A DNA stretch of 63,078 nt, counting the filler. It is 8 parts of 8 records of this genome, joined end to end, with 100 filler letters (N's around TTAATTAATTAA, not from the genome) between each part and the next. Parts side by side here need not be neighbours in the genome. Positions count along the whole stretch, not along the records: positions 40,362 to 52,131 come from SRR31156797_28559; positions 52,232 to 57,298 come from SRR31156797_28567; positions 57,399 to 63,078 come from SRR31156797_28576; 5 more parts are not named here. One strand, 5' to 3'. Below the pieces are notes generated by a model. The model worked only from the letters and a program-made list of their open reading frames with translations, searched no databases and had not been told where the DNA came from. Positions 50,850 to 59,507 of this stretch are shown in pieces (the stretch's first letter is position 1; the number at the start of each line of letters is the position of its first letter). A program made the position numbers and the translations under genes.

Positions 50850-51875
50850 TTATTTCCAGTCTAAATCTTTACATGATTCTCTAACAGTAAGTGAAACCGG
50901 AAGTGTTAAATTTATTTTGATCTCTTCATCATTTTTTATTTTATTGGCTAAAAATTCCATTGCTTTAACTCCCATTTGATGTCTGGGTTGAGTAATCGTA
51001 GTAATTGAAGGATAAAAGTATTTTGTCGTCTCGATACCGTCAAAACCAATAATTGATATATCCTCCGGTATTTTTAGGCCACTCTCAATAATTGCTCTGG
51101 AAGCTGCAAGTGCTAATAGATCAGAATAACAAAATATAGCAGTTGGTAATTCATCTTTACTCAGCATCTCCTTTGTTATATCAAACGCACTTTGATATGC
51201 GTGTTCACATTCATAGATCATGCTCTCTTCAAATTTAATCCCATTATTTTTTAAGCCTTTTTTAAAGCCTTTTACTCTTTTTTCAGCTGAATTTTTATCA
51301 TTTTGATTAATAGTCAACATCATAATTTTTTCATGTTGCAGGTCACATAAATATTTTATAGCTTCAAGTGCTGCACTTTCATTATCAATATTAACACTGG
51401 ACAATCTCTCAACTGTATCTTTGTTTTTAAAATTCATCCCCGTAGAACAGAGCATAATAGGGATTTGAGTATCTAATAATTTATTTTGGATAACTTCGTT
51501 TAGAGTTCCTCCCAGATAAATTATTCCATCAACTTTCATTTGAGCCATTACCTCTATTGCCTTTAATATATCACTTTCCTGCTTTTTTACGGTTTGTAAA
51601 AAAGTACCAAATCCAAATTTATTAGATGTCTCCTGTATTCCTTCAATAATATCCGAATAAAAAATACTAGATACTTCAACTAATATTATCCCTATCGTAT
51701 TTGTATTAGAGCTTTTTAAACTTCTGGCAATATTATTCGGTGTATAGTTTAATTTTTTCATTGTATCTAATACTTTTTTTCTAGTTTCATCTTTTACCCG
51801 CGGATGATTATTCAGAACTCTCGATGCAGTTCCCAGCCCAACACCTGCTTCTTTGGCTATATCTTTTAATGTCAT
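50850..51875 (-). CDS. LacI-family transcriptional regulator
   Basis: MTLKDIAKEAGVGLGTASRVLN, YTPNNIARSL, IPEDISIIGFDG, ITTITQP. Confidence 0.96.
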   Translation of the reverse strand: MTLKDIAKEAGVGLGTASRVLNNHPRVKDETRKKVLDTMKKLNYTPNNIARSLKSSNTNTIGIILVEVSSIFYSDIIEGIQETSNKFGFGTFLQTVKKQESDILKAIEVMAQMKVDGIIYLGGTLNEVIQNKLLDTQIPIMLCSTGMNFKNKDTVERLSSVNIDNESAALEAIKYLCDLQHEKIMMLTINQNDKNSAEKRVKGFKKGLKNNGIKFEESMIYECEHAYQSAFDITKEMLSKDELPTAIFCYSDLLALAASRAIIESGLKIPEDISIIGFDGIETTKYFYPSITTITQPRHQMGVKAMEFLANKIKNDEEIKINLTLPVSLTVRESCKDLDWK

Positions 51876-52131
51876 TTTACTTTCCCCCTCTAAATTAGTG
51901 CAATAAAATATTTTTTAATATTAAGTTTATATTTTCCTATGTAAAATGAAAAGTCGATTTATAAAAATCGACTTTTCGGAAATATAGTGCTTATATATTT
52001 TATTTTCTTATTTTAGTTAAAAAAATAAAATATATACAGTATGGTTGTTAGGGTGTAACAATAAATTTACCGAATATATATAAATATCGTGTAAAAGCTG
52101 TTTTATCTATATAAATTTTAATTAGTTTCTT

Positions 52132-52231
52132 NNNNNNNNNNNNNNNNNNNNNNNNNNNNNNNNNNNNNNNNNNNNTTAATTAATTAANNNNNNNNNNNNN
52201 NNNNNNNNNNNNNNNNNNNNNNNNNNNNNNN
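52132..52231. other. Artificial contig spacer
   Basis: N44-TTAATTAATTAA-N44. Confidence 0.99.
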
Positions 52232-52232
52232 C

Positions 52233-52373
52233 TACGCCCAGAGGGTGACAGGTGGGGTTGGATACGTTGATCCCCAGCTCTCCCCCTCCTGTGTTATGAA
52301 CAAATGCGGCCACGGAATATCCGATGAATTCTGCCCCCTGTGCAAGTATGCTCTGGGAATATCCGGGGATTAA
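52233..52373 (+). CDS. C-terminal fragment of a Cys-rich protein, possibly a metzincin-type peptidase
   Basis: Manual translation YAQRVTGG...SCVMNKCGHGISDEFCPLCKYALGISGD*. The CVM...FCxxC pattern recalls archaemetzincin tails; a + strand terminator follows. Confidence 0.4.
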   Translation, partial: YAQRVTGGVGYVDPQLSPSCVMNKCGHGISDEFCPLCKYALGISGD

Positions 52374-52387
52374 TACAGCTATCAAAG

Positions 52388-52418
52388 CCGTCCGGAAAAT
52401 CACCGGACGGCATTTTTA
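52388..52418 (+). terminator. Intrinsic terminator
   Basis: GCCGTCCGG-AAAATCA-CCGGACGGC-ATTTTT. Confidence 0.75.
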
Positions 52419-52462
52419 ATAATTCAACAGGATATGTTTGGTGATAAACTTCTGCGCTTCTA

Positions 52463-52491
52463 TTGACAGAAGCCCGGCATTCCTATATGTT
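52463..52491 (+). promoter_or_regulatory. Sigma70-type promoter of the trp operon
   Basis: TTGACA (52463) N17 TATGTT (52486). Confidence 0.55.
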
Positions 52492-52538
52492 TCTACACAT
52501 AGTATCGTTTCTGCAAACAGAAACATAAGGAGAACGCC

Positions 52539-53936
52539 TTGAAGAACCATCTGATAAAAAAGCTGCCCGGGGAACGGTATACCCCCACCGGCCTGGCCCT
52601 TAAGCTCAACGCAAAGGTCATACTTGAATCATCCTCCCTGACAAAGGGAAAAGAACGTTTCTCCATCCTCCTGGTCCGGGAGCTTTTCACCCTGGAACAG
52701 AGGGAAGGCACTGTCTACCTCACGCCCCCCGGGGCCAAACGCAAAAGGGTCAGACATTCGGGTCAGGATATCCTTTCGGTCCTCCAGTATTACGCCGGGA
52801 CCCACGGGGAACATAGCTATGAATTCCCCTTCCCTGCCGGCGGAATAGGCTTTCTTTCCTTTGAATTCTGCTCCTACTGTGATGATATCAACCTGTCAAA
52901 CAAACCGGATCCCCTGGATCTGCCTGAGGCCGGATTTATCTTCGGCTCCTCATTTATAATCTTCGATCACTACACCGATGAACTCATCCTCCTTGTCCTG
53001 AAATACCCGGGCTTCGATCTGGATCTGAAAAAGGAGATGGCCCTTGTAGAAGAGAAGATCGGAGATCTGAACTTCAACTACCTGAAAGATCCGGTTGAGA
53101 GCTCCGAACCGGCCGCCATCACCGGGAATGATCGAAGCGAAGATTACAAGGCGGCTGTTGGGGAGCTCCGGGAGGAGATTATCAAAGGCAACCTCCTGCA
53201 GGCCGTCCCCTCACGGCGGCTTGAAATCAAAACCGATAAAACAGCAATGGACGCCTACAGGGCCCTTCGGAATGCCAACCCCTCCCCCTATCAGTTCTAC
53301 CTGGATCTGGGGGGCTATCAGCTTTACGGCGCCTCTCCGGAGGTCCATGTGAAGCTGAAACACAGACAGGTCACCATCCGGCCTATAGCCGGAACCAGAA
53401 AAAGAGGAAAGCATCTCGGTGAAGATCTGGCCCTGGAAGCAGAACTTCTGGCCGATGAAAAGGAGCGGGCAGAGCACCTGATGCTCGTCGACCTCGCCCG
53501 GAACGATCTGGGCCGCGTCTGTTCCGCCGGAACGGTCCAACTCACCGAGAGCATGATCATCGAAAGGTACTCCCGGGTGATGCACATCGTCTCCCAGGTG
53601 GAGGGTCATCTGGAGGATGGGAAAAAGGCCGCCGATGTCATCCGCGCCACCTTCCCCGCAGGAACCGTTTCCGGAGCACCGAAAATCCAGGCTATTGAAA
53701 CCATTTCCCGGATCGAACCCTACCCCCGGGGATTCTACGCAGGTCTTGTCGGCTATTTTGACGCCAATGGTGATATGGACACCTGCATCACCATCCGCAG
53801 CGGGATGAAAAAAGGGGACAGACTCTACCTCCAGGCCGGCGGCGGGGTTGTCTACGACTCCACTCCGGAAAGAGAGCTGGAAGAAACCAACGAAAAGCTC
53901 CGGGCCACGGCCCTGGCGGCGGGGATTGAGGTTTAA
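52539..53936 (+). CDS. trpE: Anthranilate synthase component I
   Basis: LESS..ERFS, NPSPY, GASPE, RPIAGTRKRG, KERAEHLMLVDLARNDLG, TFPAGTVSGAPK, DTCITIR. TTG start with AAGGAG RBS. Confidence 0.95.
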   Translation: MKNHLIKKLPGERYTPTGLALKLNAKVILESSSLTKGKERFSILLVRELFTLEQREGTVYLTPPGAKRKRVRHSGQDILSVLQYYAGTHGEHSYEFPFPAGGIGFLSFEFCSYCDDINLSNKPDPLDLPEAGFIFGSSFIIFDHYTDELILLVLKYPGFDLDLKKEMALVEEKIGDLNFNYLKDPVESSEPAAITGNDRSEDYKAAVGELREEIIKGNLLQAVPSRRLEIKTDKTAMDAYRALRNANPSPYQFYLDLGGYQLYGASPEVHVKLKHRQVTIRPIAGTRKRGKHLGEDLALEAELLADEKERAEHLMLVDLARNDLGRVCSAGTVQLTESMIIERYSRVMHIVSQVEGHLEDGKKAADVIRATFPAGTVSGAPKIQAIETISRIEPYPRGFYAGLVGYFDANGDMDTCITIRSGMKKGDRLYLQAGGGVVYDSTPERELEETNEKLRATALAAGIEV

Positions 53937-53937
53937 T

Positions 53938-55548
53938 ATGATAATACTGCTCGATAACTACGACTCTTTTACCTACAACGTCTATCAGATTCTGATCGAA
54001 AACACATCCGAACCCGTCGAGGTTCACCGAAGTGATAAAATAACCCTGCAGAACCTGGTTGAAATGGAACCTTCCCGGCTGATCATCTCTCCGGGACCCG
54101 GACGGCCCGAAGGCGCGGGAATCTCCCTGAAGGCCGTAGAGTACTTTACAGGAAAAATCCCCATCCTCGGCATCTGCCTGGGACACCAGACCATCGGTCA
54201 GGCCTTCGGCGGGGAGATCGTCAGTGCCGCCCATATCGTTCACGGCAAGACCGAAACGATCAGCCTCGACGGCCGGGGTCTTTTCCGTAACATGGACAGA
54301 AATTCTGTCTTCACCCGGTACCATTCCCTGGCGGTAAAGCGGGACAGCCTGCCGGACTGCCTGGAGATTTCAGCCGTCAGCGCCGACGGGGAGATCATGG
54401 GACTCCGGCATAAGGAGTTTCCTGTGGAGGGCGTACAGTTTCATCCGGAGTCCGTCGGCTCTCTTAAAGCCGGTGTCCGCTTGATTCAGAACTTTCTGAA
54501 GTACAAGAGAGACCCCCTGCCCGAGAAGACAATCCTCGGAAAACTGCAGAAGGGCGAAGACCTCACTCACGAGGAGATGAGCTGCTTTATGGACGAGCTG
54601 ACCGAGGGGAACCTCAACAACTCCTTTATCGCCGCCGTCCTGATGGGGCTGAATATGAAGGGGATTACAGTCGATGAGATTGCCGCCTGCGCGTCAGTCC
54701 TCCAGTCCAAGAAAAAGTCCATCACTCCGTCCTCTCCTGCTATCGATACCTGTGGAACCGGAGGAGACGGTCTGGGGACCTTCAATATATCCTCCTTCAC
54801 CGCCCTGATAACCGCGGCGGCCGGGGGAACGGTAGCGAAGCACGGCAACCGGGCGGTGAGTTCAAAGAGCGGCTCCTCCGACTTTTACGGGGAACTGGGG
54901 ATTCACTACAACTACTCCCCCGCCGGAGCGGAAAAACTCCTGGAAGAGACGGGATTCACCTACCTCCACGCCCCCCTCTACCACAGCGCCATGCGTTTCG
55001 CCGCGCCTGTCCGCCGGGAGATGGGAATCAAGACGATTATGAACCTTCTGGGTCCCCTGGTTAACCCGGCGGAAGCGGAATACAGAATCATCGGGGTGTA
55101 CGACTCAAACCTCTGTCCCCTTATGGCCCGGGCGGCCAAAGCACTTGGGGTCTCACGGATTATGACCCTTGCCAGCGAGGATGGCCTGGACGAAATAAGT
55201 CCCGCCGCCCGGACCCGGCTCTTTATGATTGATGAAAACGGTACGGAAACAGATACCCTCTTCGATCCCGCCGCCCTGGGAGTCAAGAATATCAGTCTGG
55301 ATGACCTGAAGGGCGGTGATGCGGCGGAAAACGCAGGGATAGCCCGGGAACTTATGGACGGAGGAGGTCCCGAGGGAATCCGGCAGGCCTGTCTGCTCAA
55401 CGCCGCCGGCGCCCTTTTTGTCGGGGCCCTGGCCCCCTCTCTGGAGGAGGGGTACCAGATGGCAAAGGAGGCCCTTGAATCCGGTGCCGTCAAAGATAAG
55501 ATAGAAAAAATAGTCTCTTTGAGTGAAAAACTCGAGGCTGAAGCATGA
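53938..55548 (+). CDS. trpD: Bifunctional anthranilate synthase component II / anthranilate phosphoribosyltransferase (TrpG-TrpD fusion)
   Basis: LDNYDSFTYN, SPGPG, GICLGHQ, QFHPES; then DTCGTGGDG, KHGNRAVSSKSGS, NLLGPLVNP, DGLDEIS. Confidence 0.95.
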   Translation: MIILLDNYDSFTYNVYQILIENTSEPVEVHRSDKITLQNLVEMEPSRLIISPGPGRPEGAGISLKAVEYFTGKIPILGICLGHQTIGQAFGGEIVSAAHIVHGKTETISLDGRGLFRNMDRNSVFTRYHSLAVKRDSLPDCLEISAVSADGEIMGLRHKEFPVEGVQFHPESVGSLKAGVRLIQNFLKYKRDPLPEKTILGKLQKGEDLTHEEMSCFMDELTEGNLNNSFIAAVLMGLNMKGITVDEIAACASVLQSKKKSITPSSPAIDTCGTGGDGLGTFNISSFTALITAAAGGTVAKHGNRAVSSKSGSSDFYGELGIHYNYSPAGAEKLLEETGFTYLHAPLYHSAMRFAAPVRREMGIKTIMNLLGPLVNPAEAEYRIIGVYDSNLCPLMARAAKALGVSRIMTLASEDGLDEISPAARTRLFMIDENGTETDTLFDPAALGVKNISLDDLKGGDAAENAGIARELMDGGGPEGIRQACLLNAAGALFVGALAPSLEEGYQMAKEALESGAVKDKIEKIVSLSEKLEAEA

Positions 55549-57020
55549 GCGGAAAAACCGATATCCGGATGGAAATTACCCAAAGAAGAATCCGGGATAT
55601 TGAAGAGAAGGGCCCGGCCGGGGGTCTGGGAATACCCGGGGAGAGGAGTCTCCCCCTCGTCCCCTTCCTCGGGTCCTCCCCTGTCATCTGCGAAATCAAA
55701 CGCTGTTCTCCTTCAAAGAAAAATATCGATCTGGGCCTCGATCCCCTGGAGACCGCGGCCAGGTACCGGGCGGCGGGGGTAAAAAACGTCTCCATCCTCA
55801 CCGAGGAGAACTATTTTAACGGCTCCCTGGCAGACCTGGCAGCGGTGAAGGGAAAATACCCCGACCTTGCGGTCCTCCGGAAGGACTTTCTCGTCGATGT
55901 ACGGGATGTGGAAATTTCTCACCGCTTCGGCGCCGACGCCGTCCTTCTCATAGCATCGCTGCTTTCCGGCGAAGATCTGGCGGCCATGCATAAAAAAGCC
56001 CTGGAACTGGGAATGACACCTCTGGTTGAAATTCATGACGAGGCAGACGCCCTTAAAGCCGCCGAGGTCGCTCCCAGGCTGGTGGGCATCAACAGCCGGA
56101 ACCTGAAAACGTTCCGGATCGACCCCCTGCAGCCCCTGCGGATCCGCAGCCTGATCACCTGGGAAACCCGGGTTATTTATGAATCGGGAGTCCTGACCCG
56201 GGAAGACGGTGAGTTCGTTGCCGGCACCGGTTTCGACGGCGTCCTGGTCGGCGAGGCGGCGGTAAAACAGCCGGACTTTCCCAATGTCCTGCTGGACTGT
56301 TTCCGCCGGAAGGAGGAAGCCGCAGGAAAGTACGGATTCTGGAAAAAACTCTACGCAGGCTTTTCGCCCCGGAAACCTTTAATAAAAATCTGCGGCCTGA
56401 CGAAAATCGAAGACTACAATCTGGTTGCGGAGCTGGGCGCGGATATGGCCGGTTTTATTCTGGCCGAATCTCCCCGCCGAACAGTTCGGGAGTTTATTGA
56501 ATCCTGCGCCCGGGAGGCAGAGAAGGCGGCAGGGAAGGCCGATTCCGTAACGCGGGCCCCTCTGCGGGTCGGGGTTGTGGTCCTCAAGTCGGGTGAAGCC
56601 CTTCCGCAGGAGATAAAAGAAATGGTGAAAGAGGGAATCCTCGATGCCGTTCAGTTCCATGGTTCCGAAACACCGGAACAGCTCAAAAACATCCCCGGAT
56701 ACAAGGCCTTCCGCCTCCGGGAGGCATCGGATATAGAACACATGGCCTCCTACCCTTCCCGGGCCCGGCTTATCGACGCCTTCTCGGCCGCAGCGGCCGG
56801 AGGCACGGGAAAAAGAATCGAACCGGAGCTGGTACGGGCCGCGGCGGAGCGGGTCCCCCTCTGGCTGGCCGGAGGACTGAATCCGGAGAATATAAAATCG
56901 GTCCTGAAGGAGTTCCGACCGGATCTTATCGACCTCTCTTCCGGCCTGGAGCTCTCCCCGGGAATCAAAGATCCTGATAAACTGAAAGCACTATTTGACA
57001 AGGCGGCATCTTATGAGTAA
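55545..57020 (+). CDS. trpC: Bifunctional indole-3-glycerol-phosphate synthase / phosphoribosylanthranilate isomerase (TrpC-TrpF fusion)
   Basis: EIKRCSPSK, SILTE, LRKDF, GINSRNL, ESG; then KICGLT, VQFHGSE, GGTG, LAGGLNPEN, DLSSGLE. Confidence 0.95.
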   Translation: MSGKTDIRMEITQRRIRDIEEKGPAGGLGIPGERSLPLVPFLGSSPVICEIKRCSPSKKNIDLGLDPLETAARYRAAGVKNVSILTEENYFNGSLADLAAVKGKYPDLAVLRKDFLVDVRDVEISHRFGADAVLLIASLLSGEDLAAMHKKALELGMTPLVEIHDEADALKAAEVAPRLVGINSRNLKTFRIDPLQPLRIRSLITWETRVIYESGVLTREDGEFVAGTGFDGVLVGEAAVKQPDFPNVLLDCFRRKEEAAGKYGFWKKLYAGFSPRKPLIKICGLTKIEDYNLVAELGADMAGFILAESPRRTVREFIESCAREAEKAAGKADSVTRAPLRVGVVVLKSGEALPQEIKEMVKEGILDAVQFHGSETPEQLKNIPGYKAFRLREASDIEHMASYPSRARLIDAFSAAAAGGTGKRIEPELVRAAAERVPLWLAGGLNPENIKSVLKEFRPDLIDLSSGLELSPGIKDPDKLKALFDKAASYE

Positions 57021-57298
57021 CGACAGCGGTTTTTTTGGAGATTTCGGCGGGCGCTACGTCCCCGAAGTACTGAGGCAGTCCCTGGTAGAGCTGGAAGCGG
57101 CATACCGGGAGTGGGGCTCCTCCCCGCAGTTCCTGGCGGAACTGGAGGATGTACATAAACACTTCACCGGGCGCCCGACCCCCCTTCTGAAGGCGGAAAA
57201 CGCCTCAAGAGAGCTCGGCGGGGCGGACATCTATATCAAACTTGAGGGGCTGGCCAACACCGGCGCCCATAAAATCAACAATGCCCTGGGCCAGGCCC
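57013..57298 (+). CDS. trpB: Tryptophan synthase beta chain, 3'-truncated
   Basis: GFFGDFGGRYVPE, GRPTPL, TGAHKINNALGQ (PLP lysine). Confidence 0.95.
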
Positions 57299-57398
57299 NN
57301 NNNNNNNNNNNNNNNNNNNNNNNNNNNNNNNNNNNNNNNNNNTTAATTAATTAANNNNNNNNNNNNNNNNNNNNNNNNNNNNNNNNNNNNNNNNNNNN
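57299..57398. other. Artificial contig spacer
   Basis: N44-TTAATTAATTAA-N44. Confidence 0.99.
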
Positions 57399-57662
57399 AA
57401 GGATAGGGCCGCCGAACTTGCCGAAAAGATCGAAGCCGTCCGCCTGACCATTTCCCAAAAAGCCGGCGAAAAAGACAAACTTTACGGCTCCGTCACCAGC
57501 ATGGACCTGGCCGCCGCTCTTGAGGAACAGGGCCTTGACATCGACCGTAGAAAAATAAAAATGACCGAACCGATCAAGACTCTCGGCGAATTTGAAGTTC
57601 CCGTAAAACTTCATACCGACGTCACAGCCAATCTTAAAGTGACCGTGGAAAGAGCCGAGTAG
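57399..57662 (+). CDS. rplI: 50S ribosomal protein L9, C-terminal fragment
   Basis: Manual translation ...KAGEKDKLYGSVTSMDL...IDRRKI...PIKTLGEFEVPVKLH...*; classic rplI-dnaB linkage. Confidence 0.95.
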   Translation, partial: KDRAAELAEKIEAVRLTISQKAGEKDKLYGSVTSMDLAAALEEQGLDIDRRKIKMTEPIKTLGEFEVPVKLHTDVTANLKVTVERAE

Positions 57663-57669
57663 CCCAAAA

Positions 57670-59091
57670 GTGGTTGAGGGTCGTAAAAACCGGGCCAAGC
57701 CTGTCAATCGCATCGAGGACCTGACCCTTCCTCCGCAAAGCCTGGAAGCCGAACAGGCTCTCCTGGGGGCTATTCTCCAGGATGAGGCCGCCATACCGCG
57801 CGTCCTCGAAACCAGGCTGGGTCCGGATGACTTTTACCGGAAAGCGCACGCCCTGATTTACCAGACCATGCGCGAATGCTTCAACCAGGGAGAACCGGTC
57901 GACCTGATTACCGTCTCCGAGGCGCTTAAAAGAAACGGCGCCATAGAACAAGTTGGCGGCCCGGCCTACCTGGCCGAACTGTCCGACGCCATGGCCACAG
58001 CGGCCAATGTCGAGCACTACGCCCGCATCATAATGGACAGGTCCACCCTGAGGAACCTGATTACCATTTCCGGCGAAATTACCGCCCGATGTTACGCAGA
58101 CACGGGGAACGTCCCGGCTGTTCTGGATGAAGCGGAAGCATCCATTTTCGCCATCCGGGAGGGTCGGGATTCCAAGTCGGTTCTCCCGGTCAGCGGACTT
58201 CTCAAAAAAACAATCTCCCATATAGAAAGCCTCATGACCCGATCCGGCGGGGTTACCGGCGTGCCCACCGGGTACAAGGACCTGGACGATCTGACCGGCG
58301 GATTTCAAAAATCAGACCTGATTATTCTGGCCGGAAGGCCTTCCATGGGTAAAACCGCTTTTGCCTTGAACGCGGCCACCCAAATCGCCATTCCCGATGA
58401 AAGGGACGACAAACACGGATCTCCTTACGCCATTGCCTTTTTCAGCCTTGAAATGTCCACCGACCAGGTTCTGCTCAGGCTGTTGTGCTCCCTCGGTAAA
58501 CTTGACCTAAGGGATGTCCGGACCGGTCGTCTCAAGGAACAGGATTTTGTCCAGCTAACAATGGCTGCGTCAAAGCTCATAGACGCGCCCATCTACATTG
58601 ACGATACGCCGGCCATGAGCATTCTTGAAATGAGAGCCAAATCCAGACGCCTCAAAAGCCAGCTCAAAAACCAGGGGCATGAACTCGGCTTGATTGTGGT
58701 CGACTACCTGCAGCTTATGCGGGGAAGCGGATCCACGGATTCCCGAGAGCAGGAAATCTCCGAAATAAGCCGCTCCCTGAAAGCCCTGGCCAAGGAACTG
58801 GACGTCCCGGTTGTTGCTCTTTCCCAGCTTAACCGACGCGTGGAAGACAGACCCGACAAGCGCCCCATGCTGTCGGACCTGAGGGAATCAGGCGCTATAG
58901 AACAGGACGCCGACGTTATCGCTTTTGTATACCGTGAAGAAGTATATAAAAAAGATAATGACGAGCTGAGAGGCCGCGCCGAGCTGATAATCGGAAAGCA
59001 GCGTAACGGCCCCATAGGAAATGTGCACCTCACCTTCAAGCATGAATCGGCCCGCTTCCTGTCCAGCTCTCCCCGAGAAGAGTATTATTAA
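57670..59091 (+). CDS. dnaB: Replicative DNA helicase
   Basis: PPQSLEAEQALLG, AGRPSMGKT, FSLEM, VDYLQL, LSQLNR, DLRESGAIEQDAD, KQRNGP. No intein. Confidence 0.98.
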   Translation: MVEGRKNRAKPVNRIEDLTLPPQSLEAEQALLGAILQDEAAIPRVLETRLGPDDFYRKAHALIYQTMRECFNQGEPVDLITVSEALKRNGAIEQVGGPAYLAELSDAMATAANVEHYARIIMDRSTLRNLITISGEITARCYADTGNVPAVLDEAEASIFAIREGRDSKSVLPVSGLLKKTISHIESLMTRSGGVTGVPTGYKDLDDLTGGFQKSDLIILAGRPSMGKTAFALNAATQIAIPDERDDKHGSPYAIAFFSLEMSTDQVLLRLLCSLGKLDLRDVRTGRLKEQDFVQLTMAASKLIDAPIYIDDTPAMSILEMRAKSRRLKSQLKNQGHELGLIVVDYLQLMRGSGSTDSREQEISEISRSLKALAKELDVPVVALSQLNRRVEDRPDKRPMLSDLRESGAIEQDADVIAFVYREEVYKKDNDELRGRAELIIGKQRNGPIGNVHLTFKHESARFLSSSPREEYY

Positions 59092-59507
59092 TAAACAACC
59101 TTTTATGTTATTGGCCGCATAGGTTGGGCCAGGTGCAACGCAACCGATATAATCATCCACATTTAATATCGGCTGTTATGATCAAATTTTCATTTTATAT
59201 AGAAATACTATGAAAACGGGCGCCCACAGAGAAGTGCCTCTGCAAATAACTTTCTTATATTATTCAATTTTCAAGATTAATTTATAAACATGAAGGCAGG
59301 GCGACCAGAAACAGGCCGTTCTACATTCTCAAATAAAAAAAATTCATGAAAAAATTCCCCATTAATCCCTATTTCAGGTAAAATCTAATGTACAAGGGAT
59401 GTTGAAAACCGCCCGAACATTGAACGGTGGATGTTATACCGACGCCTTACTAAAACAAAGAGACAAGCGTCCAAATATCCCGTATTATAAAAGGAGGTTC
59501 AGGAGAT

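Noticed and set aside
52232-52403. Minus-strand 75-aa ORF at the contig edge
   Set aside because: The plus-strand frame gives a more protein-like Cys motif and is followed by a correctly oriented terminator.
8877-57398. Seven identical TTAATTAATTAA units flanked by N runs, superficially a repeat family
   Set aside because: These are artificial six-frame-stop contig linkers. Genes on opposite sides are not neighbours, so no cross-contig systems were inferred.
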